Below, piece by piece: positions 36,782-49,130 of a DNA stretch of 64,000 bases. Made by a program: the position numbers and the translations under genes. The DNA is from Balanoglossus misakiensis (Eukaryota > Animalia > Hemichordata). Positions within the stretch are counted from its first letter, which is position 1, and each line of letters starts with the position of its first letter. The notes under the pieces are model-generated. The model ran no database searches and was not told where the DNA came from. It saw nothing but the letters and a program-made list of their open reading frames with translations. The stretch lies in assembly GCA_040954595.2 (NCBI GenBank), contig CM082584.2, positions 1,953,344 through 2,017,343 of the forward strand, written 5' to 3'.

Positions 36782-37930
36782 CTGTTGAATGCAAACAAAA
36801 TGGTTTTCTTTTTAAAGTCACTTCACAGAAAGCGGCAATGTATCAGGAGACAGCTCTCTTTAACGTTCTTCACATTTGTCAATCAGACTGAAATTTAGGG
36901 AGGCATAAAGTAACTGTAATTTCGGGTATAGTCGTGTCGTGTCTACTATTTGATGGTTAATTTCAGGACCCCCATTGACCTAATTAATTATGTACACGCC
37001 TAATTCTAGGCTAACCAATAGATCTAGAAGTTTGGATTTTGTAGGACATAAATCAGTTTAGGATCAAAACTTTTTGACAAAATTTCTGGTATCCACAGCA
37101 GATAATCCTTGGCATTCTGTAGAAACCCTGGGAATCGCTTGGGCCCAGTGAACACTGCTTTCAGCTTTAATTCACCATGTAATCAGATGCAGACATTTTG
37201 AAAACAATGTGATTTAAATTCTAAGCAGACTTTTGTTAAAGGGTTATGATCGTCTAATGCGCATGTGCCAAAGCAGAGATTCTGGTTACAAAAACTTTAT
37301 CAATGACACAATTCTGTCTATACAACAGACAAGATGGCGGCAACCATACTCTGTGTCGTAAATTAGGAAAAAAAACAGCAAATTGAGTGAAAAGAAGAGA
37401 CAAAATGAAAGTCTTCTTTATATATATATATATATATATGGTGGGCAAGAAATATGAAAGGAAGTGAAGGCAGTCCACTATTTGAATGCATGCACATAAA
37501 ATTTGCAGATATTTGGATTTGATCTTATTTTGTACACACAAAATTACACATATGTGCATAAGAGTAAGACGATTGTCTGCATTTAAAACTGTCTGACGGA
37601 GGTTATCATCAGTGCTTCCACACTGATACCATGGAAAAACTAGAAGAATTGAAAATAAGAATGAGACAAGATTTGTTGTATTCCTCTGTCTGTAATTTAG
37701 GTCTGCTTTGGGCAAATAGTGCTTTGAATTTATTCTGTGTGACTGTCAGGTCCCAAATACATTAAGATAATTTCGGGAATGGCACAGAACATGTTATTTG
37801 TAACATCAAGAAAGCTCCTTTTTTGAGAAAAATGATTTTATTTTTCCCCACATAACAATTCCCAGGAGTGACACGGGTATCAGTCTTGGTTTTCAAAATA
37901 TTCACTGTTCACATTATTGTGACAACTTAC

Positions 37931-38152
37931 TTGAAAGTGGTGTCTTAGTTGTTGATTTGTTGATTGTATATTGGATGGCTGTGCTTGCACTGCTTGTTGT
38001 TGTTGTTGTTGGGCTATCTTTGTAATTGCTTTTGTTGTTGTCTTTGTGTTATGAGTTGATTTTGTCGTGCATGTTGATCTTGCTGATTCTTCAATTCAAG
38101 TTCTTATTTTCTGTGCCATCTCTAGATTCTCCTGCAGTGCTTGAATATTCCT
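37931..38152 (-). pseudogene. MED25: Penultimate exon of the MED25-like gene, frameshifted
   Basis: Splice sites cttttag| ... |gtaagt. Translation RNIQALQENLEMAQK/*ELELKNQQDQHARQNQ...LQ/IAQQQQQQAVQAQPSNIQSTNQQLRHHFQ. It shows a coiled-coil like invertebrate MED25 and a decayed NR box (NxQLRxLL), with two frameshifts and a stop. Confidence 0.68.
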
Positions 38153-38551
38153 CTAAAAGATCAAAAGTGTAAACAGTCAATCATTGTCATGTGTCAATCT
38201 ACCAACAGGTAACTGACTACAGGAGCTTCAGCCAATTTTCACTTGGGAGATTATTGAAATCAATTTAAAGCTCAGTAACTCCAACTTCGGGTTATTTTCT
38301 CAATATTTTTTTGGGGTATCAACTGTGGTTTCTTGTCCCACTTATCATGGAATTAATCATATTCAAATATTTGAAGGGATTAAAAAGTACATACTGTAAA
38401 ACACTTTAGTGCCTTTCACACGTGCCATCAACGCCGCCCCAGCAGCGGCCCTAGGGCGGCGTTAATTTGTAAGTGCCACGTGTGAAAAGGTGAGAGCGGC
38501 TTTTTTGGGGACGGTGTTGAGGGGTGGGACCTGGGTCGGGGCGCTGCACTA

Positions 38552-39740
38552 CAGTGGAACGCCGATTATCCGAACGCCGATTATCCGAATTTCGGATTAT
38601 CCGAACGCTTTGGTACGGTCCCGGGTACGGTCCCTGAACATTTTATTAGCCATGCCAAGCACCTGTTTTCTCGGCGGTCTGTGACATTTCCGCAGGAAAA
38701 CTGACATTTCGGACAGTTTTCTTTGGTCAGTTCTAATTGTTTCTGTTGTAAAGGGAGGTGGGACGTGTTAAAAACGTCTTTATCATTGAATATTTCAATC
38801 ATTTTACGACAACAGAGTGTCACACTTTCGGGTATCGTAACATTCGACACTAGGATTTCACACTCAAGTGTAAAACACGCAAAATCACTTGTCGCGTCGG
38901 CACGGCTTTGGCAATTTTTTGATAGTGTGAAGTAGATTTATCGCCGAAATAAGCTTAGCACTGTCGTTGATAATACAAATGAAAGCCATGGGTTGGGTGA
39001 GATCGCCCGTCTTCGACTCGTGCGAGCAGACGGCGGAGATCGCCCGAGGTGTCAACATCAAAGACACGGCTTTTCAAACGCATGGACTTCATTCCGCGAC
39101 ACAGTGAAGGCGTGTCGGGTCGCGGTCGGTGACCATGGCAGCGCCGATATGAATGACAGCCAAGACGTCACTTGCGGAAGTGACCTCGTGCGGAGAGCAT
39201 GTTTTGCGCGGTTTGAATGTCACTGACATCGAAGATTTGGAGACTAGCGAGAACTATGACAGCTTCGAAACATTAACGTATGATGAAATCATCGACTTTG
39301 TTTCTCAGAAATAAACTCATTGCATGAAAAATTAGGACGATAAAGAGAACGAGACACCAGCTCTAGCGAAATCTACTGTGGCCATGGAAGGCCTACGCAC
39401 GTTCCGTGGTTTGGTACGATGACCGGCCACATACGATGTTGAACGGATCAGAACATTGCAGCTTTGACTTCGTCTTTTTTTCTTTCTTAACCTTTTGAAC
39501 TCTTAATATATGTATTTTTTTATATAAAAGAAGACGAATTGTGTTTTATTATTTTATTAACTTCTTTTTGTGAGTGCATGGAAAATGCATGTGCATGTGG
39601 GAAACATCGTAACATACGCATGCCCCAATGGTGTGGTCAATTTCCTTTGTTGGGACGTGCCAAAATCAATTATCCGAACAATCAATTATCCGAACAAAAT
39701 CTAACCCGCCCAACAGGTTCGGATAATCGGCGTTCCACTG
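38552..39740 (+). mobile_element. pogo/Tigger-like non-autonomous transposon (1189 bp), TA TSD, nested in an older CACACGTG-containing repeat
   Basis: TA|CAGTGGAACGCCGATTATCCGAAC ... GTTCGGATAATCGGCGTTCCACTG|TA. Relic ETLTYDEIIDFV...AMEGLRT (~39250-39410) resembles pogo transposase C-termini. Confidence 0.9.
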
Positions 39741-39914
39741 TAAACAGCGACTCAAATCACGTGTGAACATAGTGACCTTTAGTCACGCTGCTGTGGACGC
39801 GCGTAGAGGGCGATGACCCTGTCCCTTTTATACACATGTGCATGCAGCAAAAGCATTTGAGTCACTGATAAGAAATGTTTACCAAATTTTATAATCCCAA
39901 AAAGGGCGCCCTAA

Positions 39915-40979
39915 GGGAGCATTCGTTTTTTACAGGGAGGGGGGGGCCGGTGGAATTTGAGTCGCCGACTAAATGTAAAAGGCAACCCCCCCTGGAAATT
40001 ACTTTTCTAAAATGTGACCCCCCCCCCCCAAAAAAAAAAAGGTTTATCCACCGGATTAAACTTATCAAACTTTGTCAGATATTGGTGTATGTTCGACATA
40101 CCACATAATCAACCATGAAACCTAGTTCCTTGATTTCCAAGTAGTGCATTGTCTGCCTGATCTTGTTACGTGAAAGAGTTCATTTTCAATGTCGCCGCTA
40201 TCACTTTCTGAGTCACTTTCCGCTGAATCACCTAGTTCACCTATCACTACATGTTCATCTTCTGGTTCACTGTCCTCATCCAAGTCATCCTCTTCATTCT
40301 CCTGCTCATCCTCCTCTTTGTCCCTCTCATGGTTTACTCTGAGACTTTCCAGAGTTGTTTGACACAGTTTCCGGCCAATGTGCGCTTCAACTATTTTCAG
40401 TTTGTCTTTTTTCAGCATCTTTTTCTCTGTTGTCAATTTATGTCTGTTCATGTACATGTCTACTGAACATTGTTTTTATTTTTTAAGTATTTGTATTCTG
40501 TGTTGGGAGACATTGTAAACCGAGAATTGAAGGGGGTGGGTTTGGGAGGGGGTGTCCCCCTCCCACGTAAGAAAATTTTATAAAATACAGAGCTCAAAGC
40601 TGCATTTTAATGAACCCAGCAAAAGCAAATTAACGTCGCCGCTCAAAGTTATCATGGGGTGGGGGCAAGTCCCCTGACCTGGGACACTAGATAAACCAGT
40701 CAATGATTGAAAGGTGTTGATGAATGGAGGGGGTGGGTGTGGGAGGGGGTGTCCCCCTCCCACACTAGAAAATTTTGTAAAATAAAGGAAGCGAAACTGC
40801 ATTTTTGTGGACTCAAAATAAATATTTAGCCGTCAAAGTTTTCAAGTCCCCCCTTTCAGTCCCTATATAATAATCCCTTGATTATAAAATTTGTCCCCCC
40901 CTAAAAACTGCTTTGTAAAAGTAAACCCCCCCCCTGATTTCCACCGGCCCCCCCTTCCCTGTAAAAAACGAATGCTCCC
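39915..40979. mobile_element. PIF/Harbinger-like non-autonomous element (1065 bp), TAA TSD, carrying an acidic ORF fragment
   Basis: TAA|GGGAGCATTCGTTTTTTACAGGGAGGGGGGGGCCGGTGGAA ... TTCCACCGGCCCCCCCTTCCCTGTAAAAAACGAATGCTCCC|TAA. ORF 40122-40457(-) is D/E-rich and ends TRSGRQCTTWKSRN. Confidence 0.88.
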
Positions 40980-41304
40980 TAACAATGGCACTTGTGCAAG
41001 CGGCTTTAATTTTTCGCGAGCAATACATTTTCGCCAAATACGCAAGTGCCAAAATAGTGTAAAAATAAAGTGTCACGTAATTTTTTTTGAAGATAACGAT
41101 GCAGTGAATGAAATAAGAGAACGCGAAAATTTATACTCGCGAAACAGTGGCCGCTCTCGATATAAGATCTGGAGTGCTGAGCAGTCTCTAACTATGTGTA
41201 CTGATTGGTTGCAATAGAATACATATCAATAAGCAGGCCTTCTCCGCCCGTCAAATAGTGTTTACCCATCGTACAAATTGCCAAAATGAAGATATATCCC
41301 AATA

Positions 41305-41479
41305 CAGTAAAACTCCAATTATCCGAACTGACAGGGGGACATTGATTTTGTTCGGATATGCAGACAGTTCGGTTATTCGGATAGCGATCCTATACAAAAG
41401 AACTGTTTGGGGGACATGTCAGCAGTTTGGATAACCAAACAGTTCGGATAATTGGATATGGATAATTGGAGTTTTACTG
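41305..41479. mobile_element. pogo/Tigger-like MITE (175 bp), TA TSD
   Basis: TA|CAGTAAAACTCCAATTATCC ... GGATAATTGGAGTTTTACTG|TA. Shares the ATTATCCGAAC motif with 38552-39740. Confidence 0.9.
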
Positions 41480-42049
41480 TATAGGTAATTTAATGGCCTG
41501 GAAGGAACATTTTTAGTCAAAAAATAGTGCCATGCATGCAACAAGCTGGTGTGTAAAGTGTGTCACCCACCAAGCTCAAGGACGCATGAAATAACAAAAT
41601 AATAACAAAACCAAACAGATTACAGGTAATATTACATATTAAGTGACACGACTTGACAATAGCCAAGTCAGGTACAAAGTGCAAAAGTTTTAATGGAGGG
41701 TTCCCATACTGATTTTATGTTCTGTGCATACATCTGTAAGTGTTGCATCAACTGAATTTTGCATCAGCAGAATTGTTGGCATGGTATATTGTAAGAAGTA
41801 AAACAGACACTTTATTTCTTTCAGGGTATTTCAACACGCCTTTGTTATATGACATCACATTTTAAGTGTTTGATTACCATACTACATAAGGTTGAATGTA
41901 TTTTGCAAACCTGATCAGTGAACACAGTGGGGTAAACACAAAACGCACATTTTTTCATGAGTTTTCCTTTAAACTTGAATTAATGCATATAAATAGGCTT
42001 ATCAAATTTGATTGTGACGGTACTTTGCAATTTGAAAGTCAGCTGGATT

Positions 42050-43400
42050 AAAACGGTTCTACCGTTTTTATAGGGGTCCAGTTGACCTCCATGGTAAACA
42101 AGTATTGTAAACAAGTATTGTGGTCATGATAGTTCCAGCAGTGCAAATGTTGTGTACACTTCATGATATTAAATATGTTGCTCGGTTGACATAAAAGATT
42201 TATCCTTTGACAACCATGCTGCCTTTCAGATGGCCAGCCCAAGAAAATAGTGGTGAATTTAAAATCGCTGCGAGAACTCCAAACATTTTCATACAAGTAA
42301 TCCGTTTCCGGTTGACGACAAATTCATGCACATACAAGGTATGTCGCTTACAGGCATATAAGTTGAAACTTTAGGGATAATTATCATTTTTTTTCAAACT
42401 TTACTAGTATTAGTCCATGCAGATGTAGGCACTGAACTGTATACAAGTATTTTTAACCCTAAATATGAGTGCATTTGCAAGTTTTAACCAGATAAATAAT
42501 AAAGCTTTGCCATAAAGGAATATGGCTGCCACCGTGGGAAATGCAAGAAACAATGAAAACGTTGCATTTCTGACTATTGAACTTCATAAACAAAACATGA
42601 TCTCCTCCACTAGAACTCATGCAAGTAAATGTACACCGCTGAAACATTAGATTTTCATTTTTCATTGCAAAATTGCAATTTTTAAAAAATACAGGAATTT
42701 TAGATTTTCTTTCATTTTTGGCCTGTTTTGTCATACATAAGTGTTGATCTTGATATATTATGAAATGTCATTTAATAGACATAATTAATATCATATATAA
42801 GATTATTTAAAGCTTAATTTAAATGAATATTTCCTTTTAATGAAAAACTGACAATCTCGAGCAGGCAAACACTGAGACTGATTACAGTATGTAGAGGATG
42901 GGGGCGCAAATTGCATCTGCATAAAGCAAGAAGAATGCTTCAACATAACTGACACATCTGTTTAAACAGCCAATAAATGGAAGGGGATACTGCTCCCCCC
43001 CCCCCCTCTCTGAAGTCATATTACTTGATCAAGTTTCCGAAACTCTGAGTATACGAGTCAAAATGACAATTTGTGCTTAACGTTTGTTTTGGATCAGCAT
43101 TTTTCTGGTATTGGAGATGGTTTCAATCACAGCCACTGGACAAAACTGGCCATGTTAATGTTTCCACAAAATCAACAGTCGATTCAAACTGAGATTATTT
43201 GGTCACTGGGAAAAATGTTAGTGATGTCAAAATGTTATGTTTTACCACCTATTATCGGACTGAATGAGCGTGCTGCGTTTCATGCATTTATGATGGTTGT
43301 CTGCAAAGACCATTGGAGCATGTTTGCCAACAGGACTGTGGTCGAATCTATACTGGTACGTGTTTGTGTAAATTGCCTATATAACAGTTGACCAGCAGGG
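42050..43400 (-). pseudogene. Highly decayed Harbinger/PIF-type DDE transposase relic (tentative)
   Basis: Minus-strand fragments EFVVNRK and DFKFTTIFLGWPSERQHGCQRI (~42200-42330) recall the Harbinger NRKG...FT.V..GWPGS.HD.RI motif. Weaker QYRF...STV match near 43170-43350. Confidence 0.4.
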
Positions 43401-43819
43401 GTAGACACCCTTTGGACAGGAATTTGAATTTTAAAGGCACACAAGCTGCAAATTTTGGGATAGTTATAATAATTTTATCAAACAATTGAAAAGAAAATAA
43501 ATGTTTGCGTGTTGGTTGTTTACCATAACTAAAATTTTTGACATTTTCCTACGCGCTAAACAAAACTCTTTTTTTGTCCTTATCAGTAGCAGTGTGGCAC
43601 CATTTCCTAGATAGACAGAAGCTCACCTCGTTGATAGCATTTGGGTGTATAACATTTCTCTGTTGTTGCTGGCTTATCTGTCAATAAGATAGGTTACATT
43701 TATCTTTAAGGGATTCATAAGTGACTTTGACATAAGACATCTTAACCCTATGACCTTTCATACAATGAGCAGTTGCCAAATTAACTTTCTCTCTGAACAT
43801 TAATGTGACCAATCCGGAC

Positions 43820-46040
43820 CGGGCACTGTTCCATTCTACTACGCAAAACAACTAATCGCAAAGTAACCCAGGAAGGGAAATGCTGACAAAATCTACACAT
43901 ATCAGTAAATTTCAGACATCAAATCTTGTAACTGCATTTATACAATTTATTTGAATAATGCCTTTGTGGTTATCTGATGTCAATTATTTAATTGAAGAGT
44001 TGTTGTGTTGGAGTTAACTTGTGTGAATCGCTTGCCTTTCATTCTGACAGTCAATTATATCTTGAGGAAGCAGCTCCCACTTCTAGATTGAAAATATGAA
44101 TTATTTAAAATACATGTATATATATTTCTTTTCAATGTACAACACTATATCACAAGTCATCTTTTCACAAGAGGTGGGCCAAACCATACAGGAAACTGTG
44201 AACAATCATTCAATGCTTTGATATTTGGACTGACAACACCACTCTTTGGCACAATATTCAATTTCAAACATTTTTGAATACTGTAAACGCATTGAATATC
44301 GCATGTATTAAATGTTGCTATTTTGCAATTGGGGCCAGTGAGTGAGCATTTAAATATAAGAATGCAAGGTTCTCAAAAGAAATAAAAGTCACTGTTTGTT
44401 CCTTTGATTTGTGTATCATTTGATAAACTGCAGCCATATACATTCATTGACGAGAAGTGTCAAAACATCCACAGGTCTATTCATTGAATGTGAGGTGCAA
44501 AGCTAGAAATGGAGATGTTACTAGTAGTGTAATACAAAGACAGCAAATAGCAGCCGGACTTGTTTCCTACAAAAAAATCCAGCCATGTCATGTTGCTGGA
44601 AAGTCTTTGTACTTCAATAACAATACAGTCCAATTATGAAAGGGAAAGCTATGGATATGTCCTGTTTTAAACATTTGTTTGTACTATTTTGATATTCGCC
44701 ATGTTAATATCACCACAAGCTAATATCCAAACTACACACAACTGCAAGTTCACTGGCCTCAAGTCACTTGTGGATGTTGACACTAATACCCATTAAAACT
44801 TCCTATCTGGGAACATGTAAATGCACACTACAGGAAAACAAACCAATAATTCAGAACACTATTGTGACGGTCACAGAACTTGTGAATTTATTACAAAAGC
44901 AGTCATCCTGAAAATTGAAATACATAACCTGACGACAATCACTGATTTTAGTCAGCTACCATCACTGAATGATGAACTCAAACAAAAATTGCTTAATACG
45001 CTGTTAAAAATAACAATGCAACAAAAACACAAATGATCGACTCCAGTCATATATGTACATCAAGCAACATCAACTGAAAGGCTACAGGCAGTATCGTCAA
45101 TACACTGGTTGTTGTTGCTATGCTCAAGGCGTCAATGAATTGGTGGTCACATTTCATTGAACAATGATAGGCCAAGTGCTCACTCACTTCTTCAGTGAAT
45201 TTCACTGTTTGTTTATCTTATCATAAAAACTTGGGCACCACAGTCCTTTGGATAAAAATATTCATGTGTGGTGATTTAAAATCAGTGTTGCAAGAAGCAG
45301 AATTAATCACAGGATTAATGGCTTCTGATTGAAAAATACTAAATGCTTAATATGCCATATGCCGCACACAGAGTGATCACATTAGTCAATTGAACCGCTG
45401 TTCCGAAGGACTAAAATGATTGCAATGTTTTAATATTATATTTATTTTACAAAACCCTTACATCTGAGCTTTACTTTAAAGTACTTCCATTTACAAGTAG
45501 TACAAGTACACATCAGTTAACATTGACAGCTAGGCATGACGTCATAGATATAGGACTTCAAAACTGACATTCTGAACAGTGGGGGTGCTCTATCATAGTG
45601 GGTTTTAATGAACATGTGTATTTAATTTCATGAATCAGATATATCAATGAAAACTGTGTATTTTAACATACGCTTATTGTGTATGCATTTGCAGTATCTA
45701 GTCATATTACAGTAATACACCAGACATGTTCTTAACTCAATCAATGTGTGTGTGTAAGTTCAATTTCTGACCACACTCAGATTACCCAAGTCCATGTGAC
45801 CAACTCTACTGCAAGTATACAGACTTGAACTCCGGAAAACTAGTCACCTACAATACTTGAACTGGAGCCACATCCAAAACTTGACTTTGAGATATTTTAT
45901 CAAATCAGTGCTCCTTTTAGAATTAGAACTCCCATGCAATTTTTGTGACAGAAGAAATAAAGAGATTCCCAGAAAGAACCTCCCAGTTCCCTTTTTAGAG
46001 GTCCAACCTTACCATAGAAAACAACGGGTTTGGACTGTAC
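43820..46040. repeat. Local duplication block A (paralogue at ~58420-60995)
   Basis: Long colinear near-identity, e.g. 45170-45930 versus 60145-60920. Confidence 0.93.
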
Positions 46041-46144
46041 CATGGTGGTGAAATGGTTAAGCCAGAGCATGTATCAAAATACAGTAAAACCTGTCTCAAC
46101 CAAAACCTGTCTATTACAAGGACATTGTTCAAACTCCTAGGTTC

Positions 46145-47250
46145 ACTTTTGTTTAATCGCAACACCTGGTCCAGAGCAGTGCAAACATTGGCTAATCAAG
46201 CCAGCAAGGTGTTGTCTCTACTCTCAGTTGCCAGGTGGAAACTAGGGTATATGCCATTTGAATGTCACTTCAAGGTGTTTGATGCCATGATCTTACCCAT
46301 TCTTTGTTATGGATCGGAGACTTGAGTTTTATGACATCATAGAAAAAGTGCAAAGAACATGGTGCAGAATTTTTCTAGGTGTGCCAAGGAGCACTACCAA
46401 TGAAGCTGTAATTGGAGAATGTGGGCGGTTGCCAGTGTATGTTCACACAATGAAACGTTGTATTCGTTACTGGGTGAAACTTATAGAGATGCCACAGGAA
46501 AGACTCCCTAGGCAAGCATATTTAATGCTACATACGTAATCTTGACTGTTTAGGCCGTCACACTTGGGCAACATCGGTGAAACACATTTTATTTTCGCCT
46601 GGATTTCTCAGGAAAGAGACGATAAGCGTTTGTTCCTTTCAGCATTTGAGACAAGAATTTCAGATATTTTGAAGCAACAATGGAAATCACACTGTCCGTC
46701 CAAAACCAAACTCCGTACATACACACATTTTAAATAATTGTTACAGCCTGAAAAGTAGTTAATGTCAACTGTACACGTAATGTCAAAGACATTTTTGCAT
46801 GTTTTCGCTGTTCTGCCCTTCCTCTTGCAATAGAGGAGGGAAGAGATCAGAACGTGGACGTTTCAGAGAGACACTGTAGGCTATGCTCTGGTGAACAAAT
46901 AGAAGACGAGTATCACTTTTTACTTGTTTGCCCCTTATATGACAGTCTTAGAAAACAATATATTGGTTACACTAAAATTCCCCACATTCAAATGTTTGTT
47001 AATATCATGAGCGCATCAGAATCCTCAAGTATTTATGTTTACAATGCCTTTAAACTTAGAGAAAATGTGTTAAAAAACTTAATCTGCTAAGTTCCTCACT
47101 TTGTATCCCGAGTACGTACTTCCACACAAGTGCTGCTTGATGTTGTCATTTATATTATTTGAGTACATGTATTATTTATTTCATTTTCGTACAATTTTCT
47201 GATTACCTTTATGCCCTCTTACCTATGGGCTGGAGGCCTTGACAATCAAT
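46145..47250 (+). mobile_element. 5'-truncated non-LTR retrotransposon (RTE-X-like ORF2 3' part), disrupted
   Basis: FKVFDAMILPILCYGSET, IEKVQRTWCRIFLGVPRSTTNEAVIGECGRLP and C-terminal CRLC..IEDEYHFLLVCPLYDSLR zinc-finger motif, with frameshifts and stops between the ORFs. Confidence 0.93.
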
Positions 47251-47279
47251 TAACGTGCACTGTTGTGCACCTGAACAAT

Positions 47280-48005
47280 GAACAACAAATCAATCACACA
47301 TTCTCACTGAATCGAAAGCTGTATATGACACGAGCGCTGATTCAGATTGGATGACAAAGCTAAATGTTATCCTATGATACAGATACTACAACGTGCCAGA
47401 TGACAGTTCAAGAGTCATTTATTTAATGTTTTTAAACGAATTTGGCTAATTTGTGGCCGTGTGAGAAATATAATCTCACACACCAATGACCTGGGATCAT
47501 ATTTCTCACACTCGTCAGGGATATTTTGTCCCACACTCGCCTGCAGCTTGTTTGGGACAGAAAATCCTCAACACATGTGAGAAATATGATCCCAAGTCCT
47601 TGGGAGTGTGAGATTCTATTAGTCTCACAACCTTAGGACCTGGTAAAAGATTTCTCAGACGAGTTGGGGATATTTTTAGCTCGTGTTAGACAAGCCAAAA
47701 TATCCCTGATGAGTGTAAGAAATTGCGTTAAGTACACGGTGGTCCCATTCACGGATAATACAATAAAAAAAGTCTACACCAGAGTACATATACAGACAGA
47801 CACACACACACACACACATCAAGAGATCAACAGGCAAACATTGGCTGACCCATAAGCTGCCAATGGCATGTGTACTGTACACACACCAAATAGAACAGCT
47901 GGTCTCTTTAACAGTTAGCCAGTTATGTAAACATGCAGTTACCAATCACTGTTATTATTGACAAATTGCATCCAAGTCCAGACCCAGGCTTGAATACAAT
48001 GTTTA
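47280..48005. repeat. Local duplication block B (paralogues at ~58080-58393, partial, and ~62865-63594)
   Basis: AACAAATCAATC.CACATTCTCACTGAAT... through GAATACAATGTTTAA is shared. Confidence 0.93.
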
Positions 48006-48141
48006 AACATAACAACATTGCTTACCCTGCTTCATCGAGCTGAACAAGAAATGATGGTTGATAACCAGAAAAATACTGAATAAAAATTCAAAAGTTACAG
48101 ATACTGGACCTTTCGTTGTCCACATATTGTGCTGGTCTTAC

Positions 48142-48249
48142 CTGTACACTCTCCATTGACCAATCAATATCCCACAGAACAAGTGCAATAAAAAGAGCCT
48201 GCTGTATTCACACACTGGCCTTCACAAAGATCTGCTCTCTTATTGACAT
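48142..48249 (-). pseudogene. Damaged calcium-binding EGF exon (phase 1-1)
   Basis: tttcag|..|gtaaga. DVNKRADLCEGQCVNTAGSFYCTCSVGY*LVNGECT: first Cys lost and an in-frame TGA. Confidence 0.88.
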
Positions 48250-49130
48250 CTGAAATCAAAGATAGTTTATTATTTTTAATTTTATTATTATTTATATCCT
48301 GACAAACGTAATACACATACATCTTAGTGCATTTTCTACTGAAAATAATAAAATTAGAAAACAAGTGAAAGCTTAAAGAGCATATCTTGCCTTTTTAAAT
48401 CTTATCAGAAGGTTAAAAAATGATTGAAAGAAATCTAATATTTACCAAAAGTGACAATATTTTTCGGGTATCGATTTCTATAATATTTGTTTTGTTCTCA
48501 TAAAATACTTCAAAATCCACCCTGTCCTGAAAATCTGAGTTCAGATTTGCTGCATTTTGGTCATGTGACGTGACGTCACAAGAGGAACCCTTCATAGTCA
48601 GGTGGAGATTTGAGAAATTGTGACCCCCTCTGGCATTTTTTGGTACAAGCAAACCAAATATGTTTTTTGGTCAATTCGACTACGCTGATTTCGGAAATGC
48701 CTGTTCCCAAAAGATCTTTTTGAGATAAGAGCCTCGTTTTGGCAAATCAAATATGGCCGCCAAGGATCGCAATTCTCACATGAATAGCATCAAAGAAATG
48801 TTCACGTACCTCCTTAAACAATGAAAATAAACTACATGTTTACATCAACAACTTGTTTGGTTGTATAAACACAAAATAGCAATAATAAAACAATAATTAT
48901 GCACAAATTTGCATATTGTATGAATAATTCGTTGATTTTTGGCTACCAAATAATAATAAAGCTAGGTGTAACAGTACATGTACTGAAAACTCACAACCAT
49001 TGGAAAAAATTACCTTATCTTTATTTTAATAAAGGACTTAAACCTTGTTCAAAACAATACTTCAAGTGTGAAGTTCATTTTGAGATAAGAGCCTCGATGT
49101 GGCAATTCAATATGGCCGTCTAAAGCCCTG

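Noticed and set aside
36436-36898. Plus-strand Val/Leu-rich 'membrane protein' ORFs
   Set aside because: Antisense shadow of the CAA-rich MED25-like exon on the minus strand.
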